Assembly: GCA_030141605.1 (NCBI GenBank)
Contig: JAQGDQ010001040.1
Span: 1-21,511 of the forward strand
Origin: Tubiluchus corallicola
Taxonomy: Eukaryota; Animalia; Priapulida
DNA length: 21,511 nt
Direction of reading: 5' to 3'
The notes under the pieces were generated by a model, which saw only the letters and a program-made list of their open reading frames with translations, did not search any database and was not told the DNA's origin. The position numbers and the translations under genes were made by a program. Of this stretch, positions 20,274-21,511 are shown piece by piece. Every line of letters starts with the position of its first letter. Position 1 is the stretch's first letter.

Positions 20274-21334
20274 TTAAGCTTAAATTTACTAGAACAAAAA
20301 CGGTTATATTTATTGGCGACATTTAAACAGACAGATTGTTGGTTTAAACTCCATTTATTAATGCAATAAAACTACACAACAATATTAGTACACTGAACAA
20401 TGTATTTGAACAACTACAAATAAGGTAGTTGAACAGCACTATACGATTGGTTAACAGATTTATAAAAAGGTTGTTGTGTCTTTGAACGCAAATTAAATAA
20501 GTTCCAGAATATTTCATTCTTATGTCTTAACTAAAATTGCTTACCTTGCAGTATAGATTTTGTTGTTAAATTTTATTAACAGGCGTGGCACTACAACTGG
20601 TAATATTGCTTCATGTCTTATACCGTACAAACCCTTTTCTCTCAGACCACTGGCTTCTCCATCCAAGTGTACCGCTCGCTTAGCTTAGCAAATTGGTTTT
20701 TTTTTAGCAAGCGCTTCGTGGTCACACAGATAATGGTGCCTTGACCAAGTGCTATTATACGTATTTAACTAGTGGTTAGAATTCAGCTAGACTTATCTTA
20801 AAGTTTTTGTTAGTGACTAAGGTGAATTAGAAATTCGAATTAGAATTCTTTACTTATTTCGGAATCTACTCCACAAGTACGTAAATATAAGGATAAAATA
20901 TGTTACTAAAAATTAACTTATAAACTTAGTTATAGCATAATACATGGGTATGATTGTGCATTTGCAAATAAAATTTTGCATTTGCGAAGGAAATAAGAAA
21001 TTCGTATTTATATCAGATTTTAAAATACATTGTGTTACTAGATTAATTTAATTGATTTTTAAAAAAATAAACAGCTCTTTATACAATAACGTCAAAGTAC
21101 TGAATTTCCAAATCGACACACATTCGACTAGCGCTGCAAACATAGGTGATAATCTATTTAAAAATCTCTAAGTGTGTCTAAAAGATCAGTAAGTTGATGG
21201 ACTTCACTAACTTTTTTTAGGGGTGCTCACTAACAATGGTATTGACGACAACAATAGCGATGACAACAAAAGTGATAACGTGAATTACTTTCCCAGGTAT
21301 TTCATTCAAAGATACGCTGTAACACAATTCATAC

Positions 21335-21511
21335 CTTGGGTTTGGTGATTCCGTTTTGGTTGAAAGAATTCAAAATCTTCTCGTAATCTCGTTTTAGTTT
21401 GTTGATTTCTTCGTTCTTGGCTTTGATATTCTTGGCATGTTCTGCAAGATCGCAGGCTCGTTGTTTAGCAAATCTTTCACGCACTTTCGCTATCTCGACT
21501 TCATTTGATTT
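21335..21511 (-). CDS. Exon of the same coiled-coil protein, running off the window edge (KSNEVEIAKVRERFAKQRACDLAEHAKNIKAKNEEINKLKRDYEKILNSFNQNGITKPK)
   Basis: 59 open codons, donor AAG|GTATGA, phase 0 compatible with exon 19486-19650, and coiled-coil composition. Confidence 0.78.

Noticed and set aside
20545-20690. Exon ending at the AAG|GTAAGC donor-like site
   Set aside because: The long open frame ends in phase 2, incompatible with the flanking phase-0 exons; there is no good acceptor and it overlaps a SINE-like remnant.

Overview
AT-rich, repeat-dense eukaryotic DNA, probably from an invertebrate animal; it is not prokaryotic. Most of the window looks like introns of a minus-strand multi-exon gene. 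Two clear coiled-coil exons lie at 21335-21511 and 19486-19650, with several weaker exon candidates down to about 8286. The retroelements are a young 5'-truncated RTE-clade LINE with a 12-bp TSD (7063-7890), nested in an older LINE remnant, and tRNA-derived SINE remnants. There are five non-autonomous DNA elements with TTAA/TGAA TSDs and AG..CT ends (Kolobok-type, three families), several ~36-bp hairpins and five tandem arrays (units of 39, 141, 43, 36 and 10 bp). The most interesting element is a ~535-bp TSD-flanked composite SINE at 16341-16874: a 5S rRNA head fused to an RTE-like body and tail. Directly at that fusion point there may be a crippled HDV-like ribozyme fold (inference). Most ORFs in the supplied track are repeat artefacts.
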